A DNA stretch of 64,000 nt. Origin: Eledone cirrhosa. Taxonomy: Eukaryota. The position numbers and the translations under genes were made by a program. Below are positions 1 to 13,097 of the stretch, piece by piece. Each line of letters begins with the position of its first letter. Position 1 is the stretch's first letter. The notes under the pieces were generated by a model. It saw only the letters and a program-made list of their open reading frames with translations, did no database searches and was not told where the DNA came from. The stretch is from assembly GCA_964016885.1 (NCBI GenBank), contig OZ024755.1:33294001-33358000 (forward strand), read 5' to 3'.

Positions 1-102
1 TGAGCTTGGCTGGGCTTGCTTGGAGATCTAGCTGGATCTGTTTGCTTCTGACAGGATTTGCTGGAAGGAGTGTTTGAGGACTCTGACCCCACAACTGTCT
101 CA
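1..102 (+). mobile_element. 3' end of an RTE-type LINE (continues off the window start)
   Basis: Similar to the reverse complement of ~60790-60933, which is the 3' end of RTE ORF2 fragments and ends in GAAGAA; runs directly into the (GAA)n tract. Confidence 0.6.
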
Positions 103-582
103 TGAAGAAGAAGAGGCAAAGAAGAAGAAGAAGAAGAAGAAGAAGAAGAAGAAGAAGAAGAAGAAGAAGAAGAAGAAGAAGGCAAAGAAGAAGGCGAAGA
201 AGAAGGCGAAGAAGAAGGCGAAGAAGAAGAAGAAGAAGAAGAAGAAGAAGAAGAAGAAGAAGAAGAAGAAAAAGGCAAAGAAGAAGAATGCAAAGAAGAA
301 GAAGAAGAAGAAGAAGAAGAAGAAGGCAAAGAAGAAGGTGAAGAAGGCGAAGAAGAAGAAGAAGAAGAAGAAGGCAAAGAAGAAGGCAAAGAAGAAGAAG
401 AAGGCAAAGAAGAAGAAGGCAAAGAAGAAGAAGGCGAAGAAGAAGGCAAAGAAGAAGAAGGCAAAGAAGAAGAAGAAGGCAAAGAAGAAGAAGAAGAAGA
501 AGAAGAAGAAGAAGCAGAAGAAGAAGAAGAAGAAGCAGCAGCAGCAGCAGCAGCAGAAGCAGCAGCAGCAACAACAGCAGCA
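103..582 (+). repeat. Compound (GAA)n / AAGGCA-interrupted microsatellite grading into (CAG)n
   Basis: Direct reading; lies at the LINE tail. Confidence 0.95.
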
Positions 583-2190
583 GCTTAGTCTGAATGGAGG
601 AAGAACAATGCACCTGATTATTTTCATAGCCTTCATGACTGGTGGGAATAAGGAAAGAAAGTATTCACAAACTGGAAATATCTTTCGAAATGCTTGCAAC
701 AGAATAGGCTCTGTTAGAAGCAAACTAAAAGTGAGATGTTTGTGTTGAATGTGAACTTCCAAAACTAATCTAACAAAGCATACTTCTTCAGCTCGACCGA
801 AAAAGTAGTCCTGTCATAAACCCAAACTGAAGACAATGTATCAAAGCAATGTTTTCCAGTAACAAAATAACAAAACTAGATCTACAGATAATCTTGTAGT
901 TTATCATGCATATATTTGTAAAGTTGATCCTTTTGGTGGAATTATTAATAAAGGAATTCCTTCATTTTCAATTGCAGCTGGTTTAAAACTACATAGAACA
1001 AAATACATGGCACTTGTAACAAATATTATTGCTCCATCTTTACCGAAAGAACAAATATAAAAACTTAAGTAAAAGTCAGTTCTTGATTTTGGGTAAGTCA
1101 ACTGATATTGCTTGTGAAAAACAACTGTGTTTATATTAGATGTTACAATAAATGACAAAATAAAGTTCTACCACAGTTTTTAGGGTTAATTCCTCTTGCC
1201 ATAACTATTGCTCAAGTTTTGGCATCAAGTCATGAAACATTTCTTGTGATGTGGGAACTGATATTTAAAACTGCTTTGCTATTTTAATGGACAGATCTTC
1301 AAACTTTTGTGACATTAATCATTCTCTCTACAAACTTATGAAATTAGATAATCCAAACTTGATGCTTATAAAATGCATTTGCCACTCTCTCTCCATTTAA
1401 CATGTTCCTATGCTGCTGAATATTTACTTTCTAGCATTGACTATCTGTTAAGAGAAACTTACTATTGGTTTCAACACTACAACTGCAAAAAAATTCTTAC
1501 ATGGAAATACATAAATTAATCAATGATGTTATGGAACCATTGAAAATAATTCCCCTTTTCAGCTAGAAGATGATTGGTTAGAAGTAACTATGTAAAAAGA
1601 ATTCTTAGCCAGTGAGATGCTCAATGACATCTAGTTGTAACAAGTATTGTGGAAAGGAATTACATGATATGTAGTCAGATGCAACTAATAAACTTTATTA
1701 TGTATGAGATGTGTGTTAAGTGAATTTGAGAAACTTAATTTGATGTTTCAAAAAGAAATGGCCGATCACTGTAGTATCTAAGATGAATTATGCAGTTTTG
1801 CATTGTTTATGTTTGCAAAATTTTGCATCTTCAATATCTGAATCTTGGAAATGAAATTAGGCATTGAATCATCGTTCCTCCCATGTGAAACAAACATTGA
1901 TTTTGGACACAAATATTTTAACTTTCTGAGCAGTAAAATTTCACCAAATCAAATTCCCCAAGAACAAGAAACCACTGTAAAATATAGTTTCTAAGCTTGT
2001 TTGAATAATGTGTAAAAACATGTTGAAATAAGTTCCTAGAAATACCAAAACTCTTCAAAAGAGTAAAACTTTAATTCACATATCGCTTGCTTCTATCTTT
2101 TCAGTTTGCTTACTCAATATGAAATTGAAATCCTTCAAAAGATTGAAACATTTTCTGTAAGTGTTTGCTTTAATCATATTCCTCTATATA

Positions 2191-2380
2191 ATAATTGTTT
2201 CTACTTTAGGCACAAGGCCTGCAATTATCCCAGTGCATTACTGGTACTTTATTTTATCGACCCCGTAAGGATGAAAGGCAAAGTTAACCTCGGCGGGATT
2301 TGAACTCAGATCATAAAGGGACGTAACTATGCTGGAAAGCATGGCGTCCGACCCTCTACCGATACTGCCAGTCCGCCGCC
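2191..2380 (-). mobile_element. tRNA-derived SINE with Nin/Deu-like core (family A), full length
   Basis: On -: A box TGGCAGTATCGG, B box GAGTTCAAATCC, core GCCTTTCATCCTTACGGGGTCGATAAAATAAAGTACCAG; ~18-bp TSD att(c/t)ctctatataataat at 2178 and 2381. Confidence 0.9.
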
Positions 2381-2390
2381 ATTTCTCTAT

Positions 2391-3228
2391 ATAATAATAA
2401 TGAAATTATTGTGTACAGTTCTCAGGTGCACTACAACTCATCAAAGGTACATGTATAGTCCATAGAATAATGCACAAATGCCAGGAAAGTGAACAGTGTA
2501 TGAGTCATGATATACATGTGTGCGTGTGTATGGATGGGGGGATATCAGGTATAGTGCTGGCGAATTTCAGGAAGCATGGAGGTTTTAAAGGATGCAGTGT
2601 CTCGACAGCTAACAACTGATGCAGGGAGTTTGTTCCATGCTTCAGCAACTTTGAGCGTGAAAAAATGTTTCCGAAAATGTTCCGGGAGCTGTGCTGCTTT
2701 CTGACTTTGTAGGCATGTCCACGGATGTTAGACACATGGAAAAGAAAAAGGTGCTCAGGGTTGTTGTTGGAAAGATGGTTAATAATTTTGTGGGTGTTTA
2801 CCAAGTCAGTTGCCAGATGTCAGTGCTTCAATGTAACCATGCCCAGGGAAGCCAGGCATTCAGAGTATGGTAGATGCCTTATGGAGAGTATCCGCTTGGT
2901 TGCACACCTCTGAACAGTTTCCAGGAGGTCAATGTTCTGAGCAAGATAGGGGTTCCAGACTGGTGATGCCAAATTCTAAGTGTGGCCGCACCATAGCTAT
3001 ATACAGCTTTAAATAGATAGCTGGAGAGCGGCTGACAAAGGTCTTGCTGAGTGATGCTAAGACACCCTCAGCCTTCTTGACAATTATAGAGATGTGCTTC
3101 GTCCAATGCAAATCGCTGCTGACAGTAATGCCCAGGTCACGTTCACAAGAAGACTTCTTGATATTAGTGCTGTGGAGGGAGTATGTGGATGCTGGGTTTT
3201 TCCTCCCAAAATGCATGCAGCTATTTCT
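2391..3228 (-). mobile_element. 5'-truncated CR1/L2-group LINE (ORF2 C-terminus, 3' UTR, (TTA)n tail)
   Basis: ORF 2929-3216 HFGRKNP..ERDLGITVSSDLHWTKHI..LYIAMVRPHLEF and downstream IRGHAYKV are typical CR1-group motifs; second copy of the 3' end at 41101. Confidence 0.9.
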
Positions 3229-3497
3229 TTAGTTTTAGCTGCTCAATATAAAATTGAAGAAACAGAACTAGCAGTTATTTCTTTAGTTTTGGTTACTCAA
3301 TACAAAATTGAAAAATAGAGAACCAGTGGAGCAAACTCTTAACACTTGATTGGAAAAGTTTATTTCTAGAAAAAGATGTCCCCCTCAACAGGTCAAACGT
3401 TTTTGGTGTAAAGCAACAAAACTTAAAAATGGAATTGGTGAACTTCAATTGCCAGATTTATCAAACCGTTAAGAAATGCCATAGTTAAAAGTATGTT

Positions 3498-3718
3498 TTA
3501 ACGCTTCAACATTTAAATATCTTGCCAGAATTCTCTCACCTTTTTCTGTTCAAACGGGCTGTAACTGGCCTCCCATACTGAAGTTAAAGTATTGTTCTCA
3601 AAATAAATAACATCAAAATCTCATAAATTTTATATTATGTGAGATATTATGTAAGATTATGCCTTTACCGTAAAAATACAATAGTATATATAGAGTAATG
3701 TAAAGGGTTAAAGGGTAA
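3498..3718 (+). mobile_element. piggyBac-type MITE (family P)
   Basis: ~220-bp family, consensus ends TTAA-CCCTTTAGCATT...AATGCTAAAGGG-TTAA; about 10 copies in window. Confidence 0.8.
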
Positions 3719-4425
3719 CTTCTGTCAAATAGCGAGGGGTTGAATTTACTTTCATCAATTCTAAGATTAGAAATACAACTTGAAGAACCAAAATTTTGCT
3801 GTTATGATTTTACTTCCAGTGAGGCCTCGTGGAATCCTGACATAAAGCATCTATAAAATGGGAAAGAAATGAGTGAAAAAGGGAATTCTTGATGCATTAA
3901 AATTTTAATCATTAAAGATACAAATTTTATCAAATATCCTAATAAATTATCCACTATGTAAATTAGAACTTATCTACAGATAATCCTTATGTATATGGAG
4001 GTAGGAAAGGACTGAAATTTAATTAGGGAGTCTTTTCTTATGCAGTATTGTAATCTCTAATGTTTCTAAAGAAATTTTCAAATAGAAAATAAATGAATAA
4101 ATAAATAAAAAATTGTAAAGTTACAGGTGTGTGCTAATTTCTAAAAAAAATTACCTGCTAAATATTTATCTTGGATTACCTTTAACACAATTTGTTACTT
4201 TTGAAAAGTTCGTTCTACTTTTTATCTACCAACACTAGTCTAGAATGTCCCTGTATGTAGTTGAAACAGCATTTGATATGTGGTTACAGTATTCAATTGA
4301 GTTTTGGAGAAAGTCAATAATTGTTCTACACTGAAGTATTTTCTGGTTTTGAAGCAGAAGATTATGCTTTTTGATACCAATATGTCTGAACCTGTCTCTG
4401 GTTCTATGATACAAAGCTGTCTATT

Positions 4426-4651
4426 TTAACTCTTTAACATTTACATTACTCAATATTTACTATTATATTTTCATGGTAAAAGCCTTAATTCACATAATTA
4501 TCTCACATAATATTTAATCTATGAGATTTTGATATTTATTTTAAGAACAATACCTTAACATAAATGTGAGCAACCGGTTATGGCCGGTTAAAACAGAAAG
4601 GGGTGAGAAAATTCTGGCCGGATATGGCCAGTTTAAATGCTAAAGGGTTAA
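4426..4651 (-). mobile_element. piggyBac-type MITE (family P)
   Basis: TTAA at both ends, TIR aatgctaaaggg; internal match to other copies. Confidence 0.85.
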
Positions 4652-4961
4652 AGTGTTGTTTATATTTATCTACCTTTGATCATAATTCTATGTGAGAACC
4701 TTTGTTACGTTATGTTCCAAACATCAGTTTAATAATAAGAAAGTTAGTGATGTTACTAAACCCTTTGAATGTTTGATTATTTTCCAAATTATTTGAAAAT
4801 CATAGGCTGTCGCTTTCATTCAAAATATAGTTATGAAAGGGTTAATTTTTGGAATGCTATTTCCAATATGTTAAAAATGTGAGGCCTGGAAAAAACTGAA
4901 TGATAAAATATAGTATGAAAAGGTAAGGAAATAAAAAGAATTATTAAGAATTGTAAGGAAT

Positions 4962-5122
4962 GGTAGACCACGAAAAACATGGGTGGAGGTGGTGAGAGCT
5001 GATCTCAGATCGCTGAAGCTCACGGAGGAGATGATGAAGGACCATGTCACGTAGAGAGATGCTGTGCTGAATAGAACCTGTGCAAGCAGGGAAAAGCAGA
5101 CGTAAAATGATGATGTTGATGG
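4962..5122 (+). mobile_element. RTE LINE 3' end
   Basis: Encodes GRPRKTWVEVVRADLRSLKL; ends in (ATG)n tail. Confidence 0.75.
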
Positions 5123-5579
5123 TAATAAATATTAAGAAATTGTAATACACGGAAATAAATATTTGCAGGTGGAAAATGGTAAGAAGTTGTTTGAAACGAT
5201 AAAGAAGAATGAAAAATATTGAAAGAAATGGTAAGAAAGGGAAAGAAATATTAAAAGAACTTAAAGAATGGTAAGAAAATCTTAGAAATGAAGGAGACAT
5301 TGGATAATGGTTTCTTGAATGCATTGTGTCTAGGAAAAAGTCTGGATGGTCATGCCTGAAATGCTTTTGATCTCAGGTTAGCTACATAAGAGCAGATCTT
5401 GTGAAAATAATAAAAACAACCCACAAGCTCAGTCAAAGGAAGAAAAACAAATAAAACTAATAAACAAGAAAAACAAAACAAACAGTAACAAGATGACAAT
5501 CCATTCTTTCCTTCCTTGAATCATTTTACTTACTTTATCTTTCAACTATCCATCAACGGGTGATCAATGATATTGACTT

Positions 5580-5695
5580 TTAACCATTTAGCATTTAAAC
5601 TGGCCATATCCAGCGAGAATTCTCTCACCTCTTTCTGTTTGGCCACAACTGGCCACTCATATTGATGTTGAGGTATTGTTCTCAAAATAAATAAT
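5580..5695 (+). mobile_element. Partial family P MITE
   Basis: TTAAccatttagcatttaaactggcc start, truncated. Confidence 0.7.
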
Positions 5696-5730
5696 TGCCA
5701 AATATTAGTCTAGATGGCTTGTGGTGGGAA

Positions 5731-6390
5731 TCATCATCACTGTTTTACCTCCATTTTTCCACTGTAGCATGGATTAGATGAGTTGTTCTGTTGAGGGCTA
5801 GGTCAAGTGACCATGTCTTGCTCATACAGAACTGGTTTTTGGTTTCATTTCTACAGATGGATGCTCTTCCTAACACCAGCCTTATTTACAGGTGTACTAT
5901 GTTCTTTTTGTTGTGACACGTACACGACCACTTTACATTGTAGACTGGGTGCCTTTTGTCATGATGCCAACACAACCACTTTACAATGTGGACTGGGTGC
6001 CTTTTGTCATGATGCCAACACAACCACTTTACAATGTGGACTGGGTGCCTTTTGTCATGATGCCAACACAACCACTTTACAATGTGGACTGGGTGCTTTT
6101 TGTCGTGACACCTACACGACCACTTATGCGGGATGGGTACTTTTTGTCGTGACACCTACGCGACCATTTATGTGGGCTGGGTGCTTTTTGTTGTGACACC
6201 TACATGACCCCTTAACAATGTGGGCTGGGTGCTTTTTGCCATGACACATACACAACCATTCTACAGTGAGCACTGGGTGTCTTTTATTGTGACACCAACA
6301 CAACCACTCTAGTGTGGACTGGGTGCTTTTTATTATGACACCTACACAACCACTTTACAGTGAGTACTGGGTGCTTTTTGTCGTGACACA
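5731..6390 (-). mobile_element. RTE-family 3' UTR with ~10 copies of a 48-49-bp tandem unit
   Basis: (CAT)n tail at left, shared UTR (ctacagatggatgc..cttcctaacacca), tandem units ~5885-6390. Confidence 0.8.
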
Positions 6391-7009
6391 ACAGTTTAAT
6401 TTACATAATACCTGTCATCTCTCCTATTATTGTGGTACTTATTTACAGCCAGATAGACTGGGTCATTCAAGAATTAGCTGTCATGGCCATAGTTACGATG
6501 TAATTGTGAACTGCTGACCTTTCATTCTGGTACTCAATTGATTTGACCATCACCACACTGCCAAATATTAGTCTAGATAGCTAGTGTTTGGTATTATTTT
6601 ATTAAATGATCAACAGTCTAAATAGCAAAACAAACAGATAGATCTGTCCTAGAGATCACATGTTTTCATCTGGATAGATTTTGACTGCACAACATCTATG
6701 TTAATATGAGTCAAAAAGCTCTGGGGACACAGACTGTTCTCCTCAATACACTCAATTGTCATGCCTATTTGCATGAGAGACAGAATGATATAGTCTTCTG
6801 CACAAATACATTTTAGTATATTAACCAATGTCAAGATCAAAGAACAATTTTTATGGTAAATGAGGAAACAGCTTGCTAAATATCCGTGTATATATATATA
6901 TTTGTAAAACAAACTTGGCCGGTTTCTTCTTAAAAACAGGTCACTATGCTTATATGTATGTGAATGCATGAACATACGTACATACATACTTACATATCAA
7001 TATAACTAA

Positions 7010-7057
<48 letters not shown>

Positions 7058-7125
7058 ATGTATATATATATATATGTATATTTATATATATATGTATATA
7101 TGTATATGTATATATATATATGTAT

Positions 7126-7166
<41 letters not shown>

Positions 7167-7336
7167 CATATATATATATACATATATATATATATACATA
7201 TATATACATACATATATATATATATATACATACATATATATATACATACATATATATATATACATATATATATATACATACATATATATACATATATATA
7301 TATACATATATATATATACATACATATATATACATA

Positions 7337-7397
<61 letters not shown>

Positions 7398-7595
7398 GTA
7401 TATAGATGTGTGTATGTGTGTGTATATTTATATAAAATACAGAAACACATATATGTGTATGTATGTATATATATATATATGTATGTATATATACACCTAT
7501 ACAATCACACATATACATATACAAGTGTGTGCATGTATATGCGTACATGTATACATGGAAGTGCTCGTGTATTTTATGCATATGTATGTGTGTAT
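7010..7595. repeat. (TA)n/(TACA)n/(TATG)n microsatellite
   Basis: Direct reading. Confidence 0.95.
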
Positions 7596-8148
7596 TTATA
7601 TCCCATACAGATACAATGCACTTTATCTATTAGTTAGTTCTAGTATAAATCAATACCATTATATCGGAGTGAGCGTCCTTGGGTATTTACTCTGCTACCA
7701 GCTGAGAGCGATAGGAAAATGTCAGATAGGACTGAAGAGAAGGCATTCACTTATTTAAATATGCATGAATAACTAAAAACAACATCAATAACATAATTAT
7801 CATCAGCAATAACAACAATAGCAACATCAACAATGTTACAAGCAAAATTCAGTTTTCAGTTTGTTGACAAAAAATTTTTTTAAATGATAAAAATTTGATT
7901 CAAGAAATCTGGGATTGTTATAATTAGCATATTTCTCGGCATTTCATTTTCAACAAGCTACCAAATCTTTGGTTGGAATGTTAGGGTTATAGCAGACTTT
8001 CTCCTCAAATGAAGAATGTAGTCTATAGTTCTTTGTTTACTAAAGAATCTGACCCTGAATCTCGACAGAGTTTAGTTCATTAACCCTTCTCTGACCAGAA
8101 AAAGTAAATCCTGAAAGATGTTTATAAAAACTAATGGGTCTAGCTTCT

Positions 8149-8377
8149 TTAGCCCTTTAGCAATCACATTACTCTATATTTACTATTGGATTTTCATGGT
8201 AAAGGCTTTAACTCACATAATTATCTCAGATAATATTGAATCTATGAGATTTTGATATTATTTATTTTGAGAATAATACCTTAACATAAGTATTAACAGC
8301 CAGTTATGGCCAGTTTGAACAGAAAGAGGTGAGAGAATTCTGGCCAGATATGGCTGGTTTAAATGTTAAAAAGTTCA
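8149..8377 (-). mobile_element. Family P MITE
   Basis: Match to other copies. Confidence 0.8.
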
Positions 8378-8391
8378 TTATTGGTCCATTG

Positions 8392-8610
8392 TTAACTTAG
8401 CATTTAAACTGGCCGTATCTGGCCAGACTTCTCTCACCTCTTTCTGTCTAAACTGGCCGTAACTGGCTGCTAATACTGTCATTAAGGTATTTTCCTCAAA
8501 ATAAATAACATCAAAATTTCATAGACTCGATATTATGTGAGAAAATTATGCGAGGTAAAGATTTTACCGTGAAAATACAATAGTAAATATAGAGTAATGT
8601 AATGGGTAAA
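8392..8610 (+). mobile_element. Family P MITE, inverted relative to the adjacent copy
   Basis: Match to other copies; ~15 bp from previous copy. Confidence 0.8.
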
Positions 8611-8852
8611 ATACAAAATGGGTAAAATACAAAACATCTAAATAATTTTTTTATCTCCAAGATCATTTGAAGGAATACACTTGTTTAATAGACACATGTC
8701 TAGTCTATCACAGGTAAGATGACGGAGTAGTGGCTCATAATTTATCTACAATAGACGACTACAACACTCTCCAGAAGCAAGTGTGAACTATCTCTCATTC
8801 ATCTTATGCCATAACACTAGAACTAAGCCCAGCTGTGAAATCAATTGATATA

Positions 8853-9114
8853 TCTAAAGTCTGTCTTAAGCCAGAAGGCTCATTTGGCCGGTGCTTATCG
8901 CGGTTTCATGGCATGAAGCGGCTGAGAGTACAAGACTCCCCCCCCCCCCCGGACAGGACGCCAGTCCATCGCTGGTACTCATTTTCAGCTGAGTATACTG
9001 GAGAAATGTCAAATGAAGAGTTTTGCTCAAGAACACAACACGCAACCCAGGAATCGAACCCACAACATTATGATCGTAAGTCCAACACTCTTACACTAGG
9101 CCACGTGCCTCCAC
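8853..9114 (-). mobile_element. tRNA-derived SINE with Meta/CORE-like domain (family B)
   Basis: On -: TGGCCTAGTG A box, GGTTCGATTCC B box, central GTGTTCTTGAGCAAAAC..CTCCAGTATACTCAGCTGAAAATGAGTACC. Confidence 0.85.
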
Positions 9115-9121
9115 TACTTTG

Positions 9122-9177
<56 letters not shown>

Positions 9178-9271
9178 AGCTGAAATTATTTTCTGAAAAT
9201 ATATATCAGCTGAAATTATTCGAGATATATATATATCGATAATCATCGACAAGATCCCAGACTTCATTTGC

Positions 9272-9499
9272 TTAACCCTTTAATGTTCAAACCGGCCAAA
9301 ACCAGCCAGAATTCTCTACCTTTTCCTGTTGAAACTGGCTGTAACTGTTCACTCAAACTTATGTTAAGGTATTGTTCTCAAAATAAATACTTTCAAAATC
9401 TCATAGATTCGATATTATTTGAGATAATTATGTGAGGTCAAGCCTTTACCATGAAAATATAATAGTATATATAAAATAATGTGAATGCTAAAGGATTAA
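9272..9499 (+). mobile_element. Family P MITE
   Basis: TTAA-CCCTTT start, aatgctaaagga-TTAA end. Confidence 0.85.
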
Positions 9500-9519
9500 C
9501 GAGTGGGGTGGGTGGAGCT

Positions 9520-9720
9520 TGTCAAATCGGACTGAGGAAATGCTGTTTCCATTGGTCTTTCCAACTGCTAATACTATCTGTCGGTCACAACTCCAGGTAG
9601 AAGGAATAATGTGAAAAGAAGTGTCTTGCACAAGAACATAACACATCGCCCTGTCTGGGAATCGAACTCACGACCTCACGATTGCAAATCCAACTCTCTA
9701 ACTACTTAACCATGTGCCTT
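9520..9720 (-). mobile_element. tRNA-derived SINE (family C)
   Basis: B box GAGTTCGATTCC on -; homologous to 12809-13017 and 61876-62072. Confidence 0.75.
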
Positions 9721-10367
9721 CTATACACACACACACACACTTACACACACATATATATATATATATATACATATATGTATATATATTAATGATATTAATG
9801 AATAAAACATCCATCTTACCACAAACAGTTCTGTTAAATTAGATTTTGTTTTTGACATGACTTATTGGATTAACTGTATTTATTAGTCACATCTGATGTG
9901 TATATTTCTAATGATAACTATTGCAGAGTCTAGTCTTAAACTATTTTGGGATTTGTTGGAAACTACTTTTCAATTTATATGAGGATGGTGATTTAGTTGT
10001 GAGACTCTTAGACTGCATGGGCAAGTGTTAAAATGCTTTAGTCCGCATAATTGAAGGTTATATATTGTTCCTACTTCATGGTTTAACAATTGGGATCATA
10101 TTACAATTTAATAAGGGCAACTATCTCTAGGGCAGAACCTTTAGAAAACAAAATGGACATCTGGCTTTTAGAAAAAGCTTCTTTTCTTTTTCTCCTAATT
10201 CCCGGTGGAGTCATATGGGTGCCATATTGAGATACTGAATTTCTAAGGTAGCTTTTAAAATTTGGTGAAGCCCATCTCCTCTCCATGTTTTGAATACAGT
10301 AGATTTCTTCCAGAGAAGGATAGAAAGTAAGAGGAAGGAAATGAGAAAGAGATATAGAAGAAGAATC

Positions 10368-10520
10368 GATCCCAATACTAGACTGGTAGTTTATTTATTG
10401 ACCTTGGATGAAAGGTAAAGTTGACCTTGGCAGGATTTTAACTCAGAGAGTAGAGAGCCAAAATGCTACTGCAAAAGATTCTAGCTGACGTTCTAGTAAC
10501 TCTGCCATTTTGCCATCTTA
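10368..10520 (-). mobile_element. Diverged Nin-core SINE
   Basis: ggatgaaaggtaaagttgacc core and degenerate B box. Confidence 0.6.
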
Positions 10521-11205
10521 GAAAGATTACCTAGTTGTAAAACAACTTGCGTTAAATCTTCATCCTCATGAGAAAGGTTAGTACTTCTAAGTTGTAGTTT
10601 TTAAATCCTCCAAGATTGGAGAACTAAGAGGATTGGGATTTAACTTAGTCTGGCTAAGTTTCAATTTGAACCTTTCAACACTCTCAGATGTAATTTCTAG
10701 AAAGTATTTAGTTTGGTGTCTAGAGGAGGAAATATATAATGGTGGTGACAGAATGAAAAGGTGTTGTTAGAGTCAACCCTGATATAGCAGACCTAAGATC
10801 AAAATCATTCCAGCTATGACTATCCCCAAATTCTTCAGGCATAACTTTGTCTCCTTTAAGGCCTAGCTCCCCCAAATGTTTAATATTCACAAAGTTCCTG
10901 TGAGCATTGTTTCCTGATTTCTGGCCATCCTTTTTAGATTATGTATTTTAGTAAGTTCATTGTTGAATCAGCAACGATCAATTGTTTCTCTGATATTGGC
11001 AAATTTAATCAATTGTGTATCAGTTATTACAAAACAAATAAAATCAGGCCTCAAATCGATAACATGTGTTGCTCTGTTTGGCCTCAAAGCAAACACTTGA
11101 AAGCACATCAGCAACAATTGGAATTATTTATCCTGGTATATATTTTACTTCCATGTTGGACTTGAGACACTGGAACCTCAAAAGAGTTTCAATAACTTCA
11201 GGTTT

Positions 11206-11387
11206 TGGCAGTATTGGTAGAGCATCAGACACCATGCTTTGCAGCATAGAGTTATGGTCCTTTATGGTCTAAGTTCAAATCTTGTCACGGTTAACGTTTC
11301 TTTTCATCCTTACAGGGTCGATAAAATAAAGCACCAGTAATGTACTGAGGTAATTGCTGGCCTTGTGCTAAAAATAGAAACAATTAT
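11206..11387 (+). mobile_element. SINE family A
   Basis: tggcagtattggtagag..gttcaaatc..ttcatccttacagggtcgataaaat..gaaacaattat. Confidence 0.8.
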
Positions 11388-12018
11388 CATTCTTCTAAGA
11401 TGATAGTATTCAAATTTCTCAAGATAAAACATAACTGCCAAGCATTTTCCTTCAATGTTGGAGAGTATCTGGGTTCCGTTGAGTCAAGGCACCTGAAAGT
11501 CATTTCAACTATTTTCCCATTCCTTTGTTTGTCAAATTGTCTTATTCATAGACCCATGACCATGGTGCTGGCACCATACTGAAGAATTGTTGCTGTCTTT
11601 GTCTGTTTTATATTTTTAGTAAGTCAAGAGGAAAATGTCATAACCAATACCTTGACAGGCCCTTTAACCTCTTCAGGTCCATAGAAGAGATAACTCCTCC
11701 TAACATGTCAGCATTCCAGTGTCATGGACAAGATAACTCATCCTAACATTTTTCCAACAGTTCATAACTTCAAAGCTAGATGAGGTTACTAGTTTATTGA
11801 TGTGACATTTGTCAATCATTCAGATATGTGTTGTTAATAAATGTTTATTTAAAAAAAATAGTCATTTTACTAATAGAAAAAAAAAGAAAAGAAAAAAAAC
11901 AGGCCCACAACTGTAGCTGTGTAAAATATACACGGCAGTCAACAGAGACTAACAGCTATTTATACACCCTTTCAACATATCTAATGTTACCTCAGAACTA
12001 AATTTCATTGATGCCATC

Positions 12019-12198
12019 ATAATTGTTTCTACTTTAGGCACAAGGCCAGCAATTACCCAGTGCATTACTGGTACTTTATTTTATCGACCCCGTAAGGATG
12101 AAAGGCAAAGTTAACCTCGGCGGGATTTGAACTCAGATCGTAAAGGGATGTAACTATGCTGGAAAGCATGGCGTCCGACCCTCTACCGATACTGCCAA
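12019..12198 (-). mobile_element. SINE family A
   Basis: Near-identical to 2191-2380. Confidence 0.9.
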
Positions 12199-12218
12199 TG
12201 TTTCTGAATAGTTTAATG

Positions 12219-12478
12219 CAGTCATGGGCAATCTGCGGCCCGCGAAGCTTTCTGAATGGTTCACCTAAGTCACTTAAGTGAAATCTTTCTGATTTTTTTT
12301 ACCCCAACTTTTCAGTCGTAATTTATCTTTCTATCATTTTTATGATTTGAGGAAAACGTGTACAAATTCTAAAGAAACAAATCAAAACAACCTGAGTTAC
12401 CTCCCTTTTTTTTTAATGTGGGCACGAATGTAAATCAGCGCTTGCGGCCTGCTTCTCGAAATAGGTTGCCCATGCCTG
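12219..12478. mobile_element. Non-autonomous hAT element (MITE)
   Basis: TIRs CAGTCATGGGCAA / TTGCCCATGCCTG; perfect 8-bp TSD GTTTAATG at 12211 and 12479. Confidence 0.9.
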
Positions 12479-12808
12479 GTTTAATGACTAAACCACTCTG
12501 CTTAACAACATCAGATTGGATAAAAGTGTCAGTGTTTCCGCTGTTGACTAAAGTCTGCAGTGAATGATTGTTAATCACAATAACAAAGAATATAAGAGAC
12601 AATGGATGTTATAGTAAAGCTGTAAAGCTTCAAGTTGAAGAAATGAATGCATTGAAAAAATGGTTTGTTATGTGATTTGCATACTCAAGAAAAAAATGAG
12701 AATAAATTGATTTATTATATTATTTGCACACCCGAGAAATTATTTTCTTTCCACACTTGTATGATATAGCATTTATTGCTGGGCATATTTATATATATAT
12801 ATATTTTT

Positions 12809-13017
12809 GGAACGATCGACTTTCGTCAAATTTGACGGAGGAAACATTGTTTCCATCAGTCTTTCCAGTTGCTAATACTATCTATCGGTCGCAACTCCAG
12901 GTAGAAGGAGCAACGTGAAATAAAGTGTCTTGCTCAAGGACATAACGCACCGCCTGGTCCGAGAATCGAACTCGCAACCTCACGATTGCAAATCCAATTC
13001 TCTAACCACTGAGCCAC
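12809..13017 (-). mobile_element. SINE family C
   Basis: A box TGGCTCAGTGG and B box GAGTTCGATTC on -. Confidence 0.85.
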
Positions 13018-13055
13018 CAATAAAGGACTTTAACATCTGAAACTACTTCGCATTT

Positions 13056-13093
<38 letters not shown>

Positions 13094-13097
<4 letters not shown>

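Larger units (their letters stand above)
640..3850 (+). pseudogene. Decayed hAT-superfamily transposase, interrupted by a SINE, a CR1 fragment and a MITE
   Basis: Manual translation across frameshifts: KVRCLC..KTNLTKH (BED-like), KLHRTKYMALVTNIIAPS (~986), STDIACEKQLC..FLGLIPL, DINHSLYKLMKLDNPNLMLIKCICHSL (CxxH, ~1310-1390), VKRILSQ*D, ENQWSKLLTLDW..FW (~3320). Motif order is colinear with hAT transposases. Confidence 0.75.

Noticed and set aside
74-762. Poly-K/poly-Q, poly-F and poly-R ORFs
   Set aside because: Translations of the (GAA)n/(CAG)n microsatellite
6990-7758. Long YI/YM/CV-rich ORFs (also 37202-37792, 38612-39145, 42980-43384, 48764-49327, 62057-62667)
   Set aside because: Stop-free frames of simple tandem repeats
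9927-10020. Possible host exon (TTGCAG acceptor, open frame SLVLNYFGICWKLLF.., GC donor)
   Set aside because: Weak non-canonical donor, no recognisable protein, no partner exons; needs RNA-seq
11664-11952. Possible second piggyBac-type MITE family
   Set aside because: One TTAA-CC end only; the opposite TIR is too degenerate to confirm
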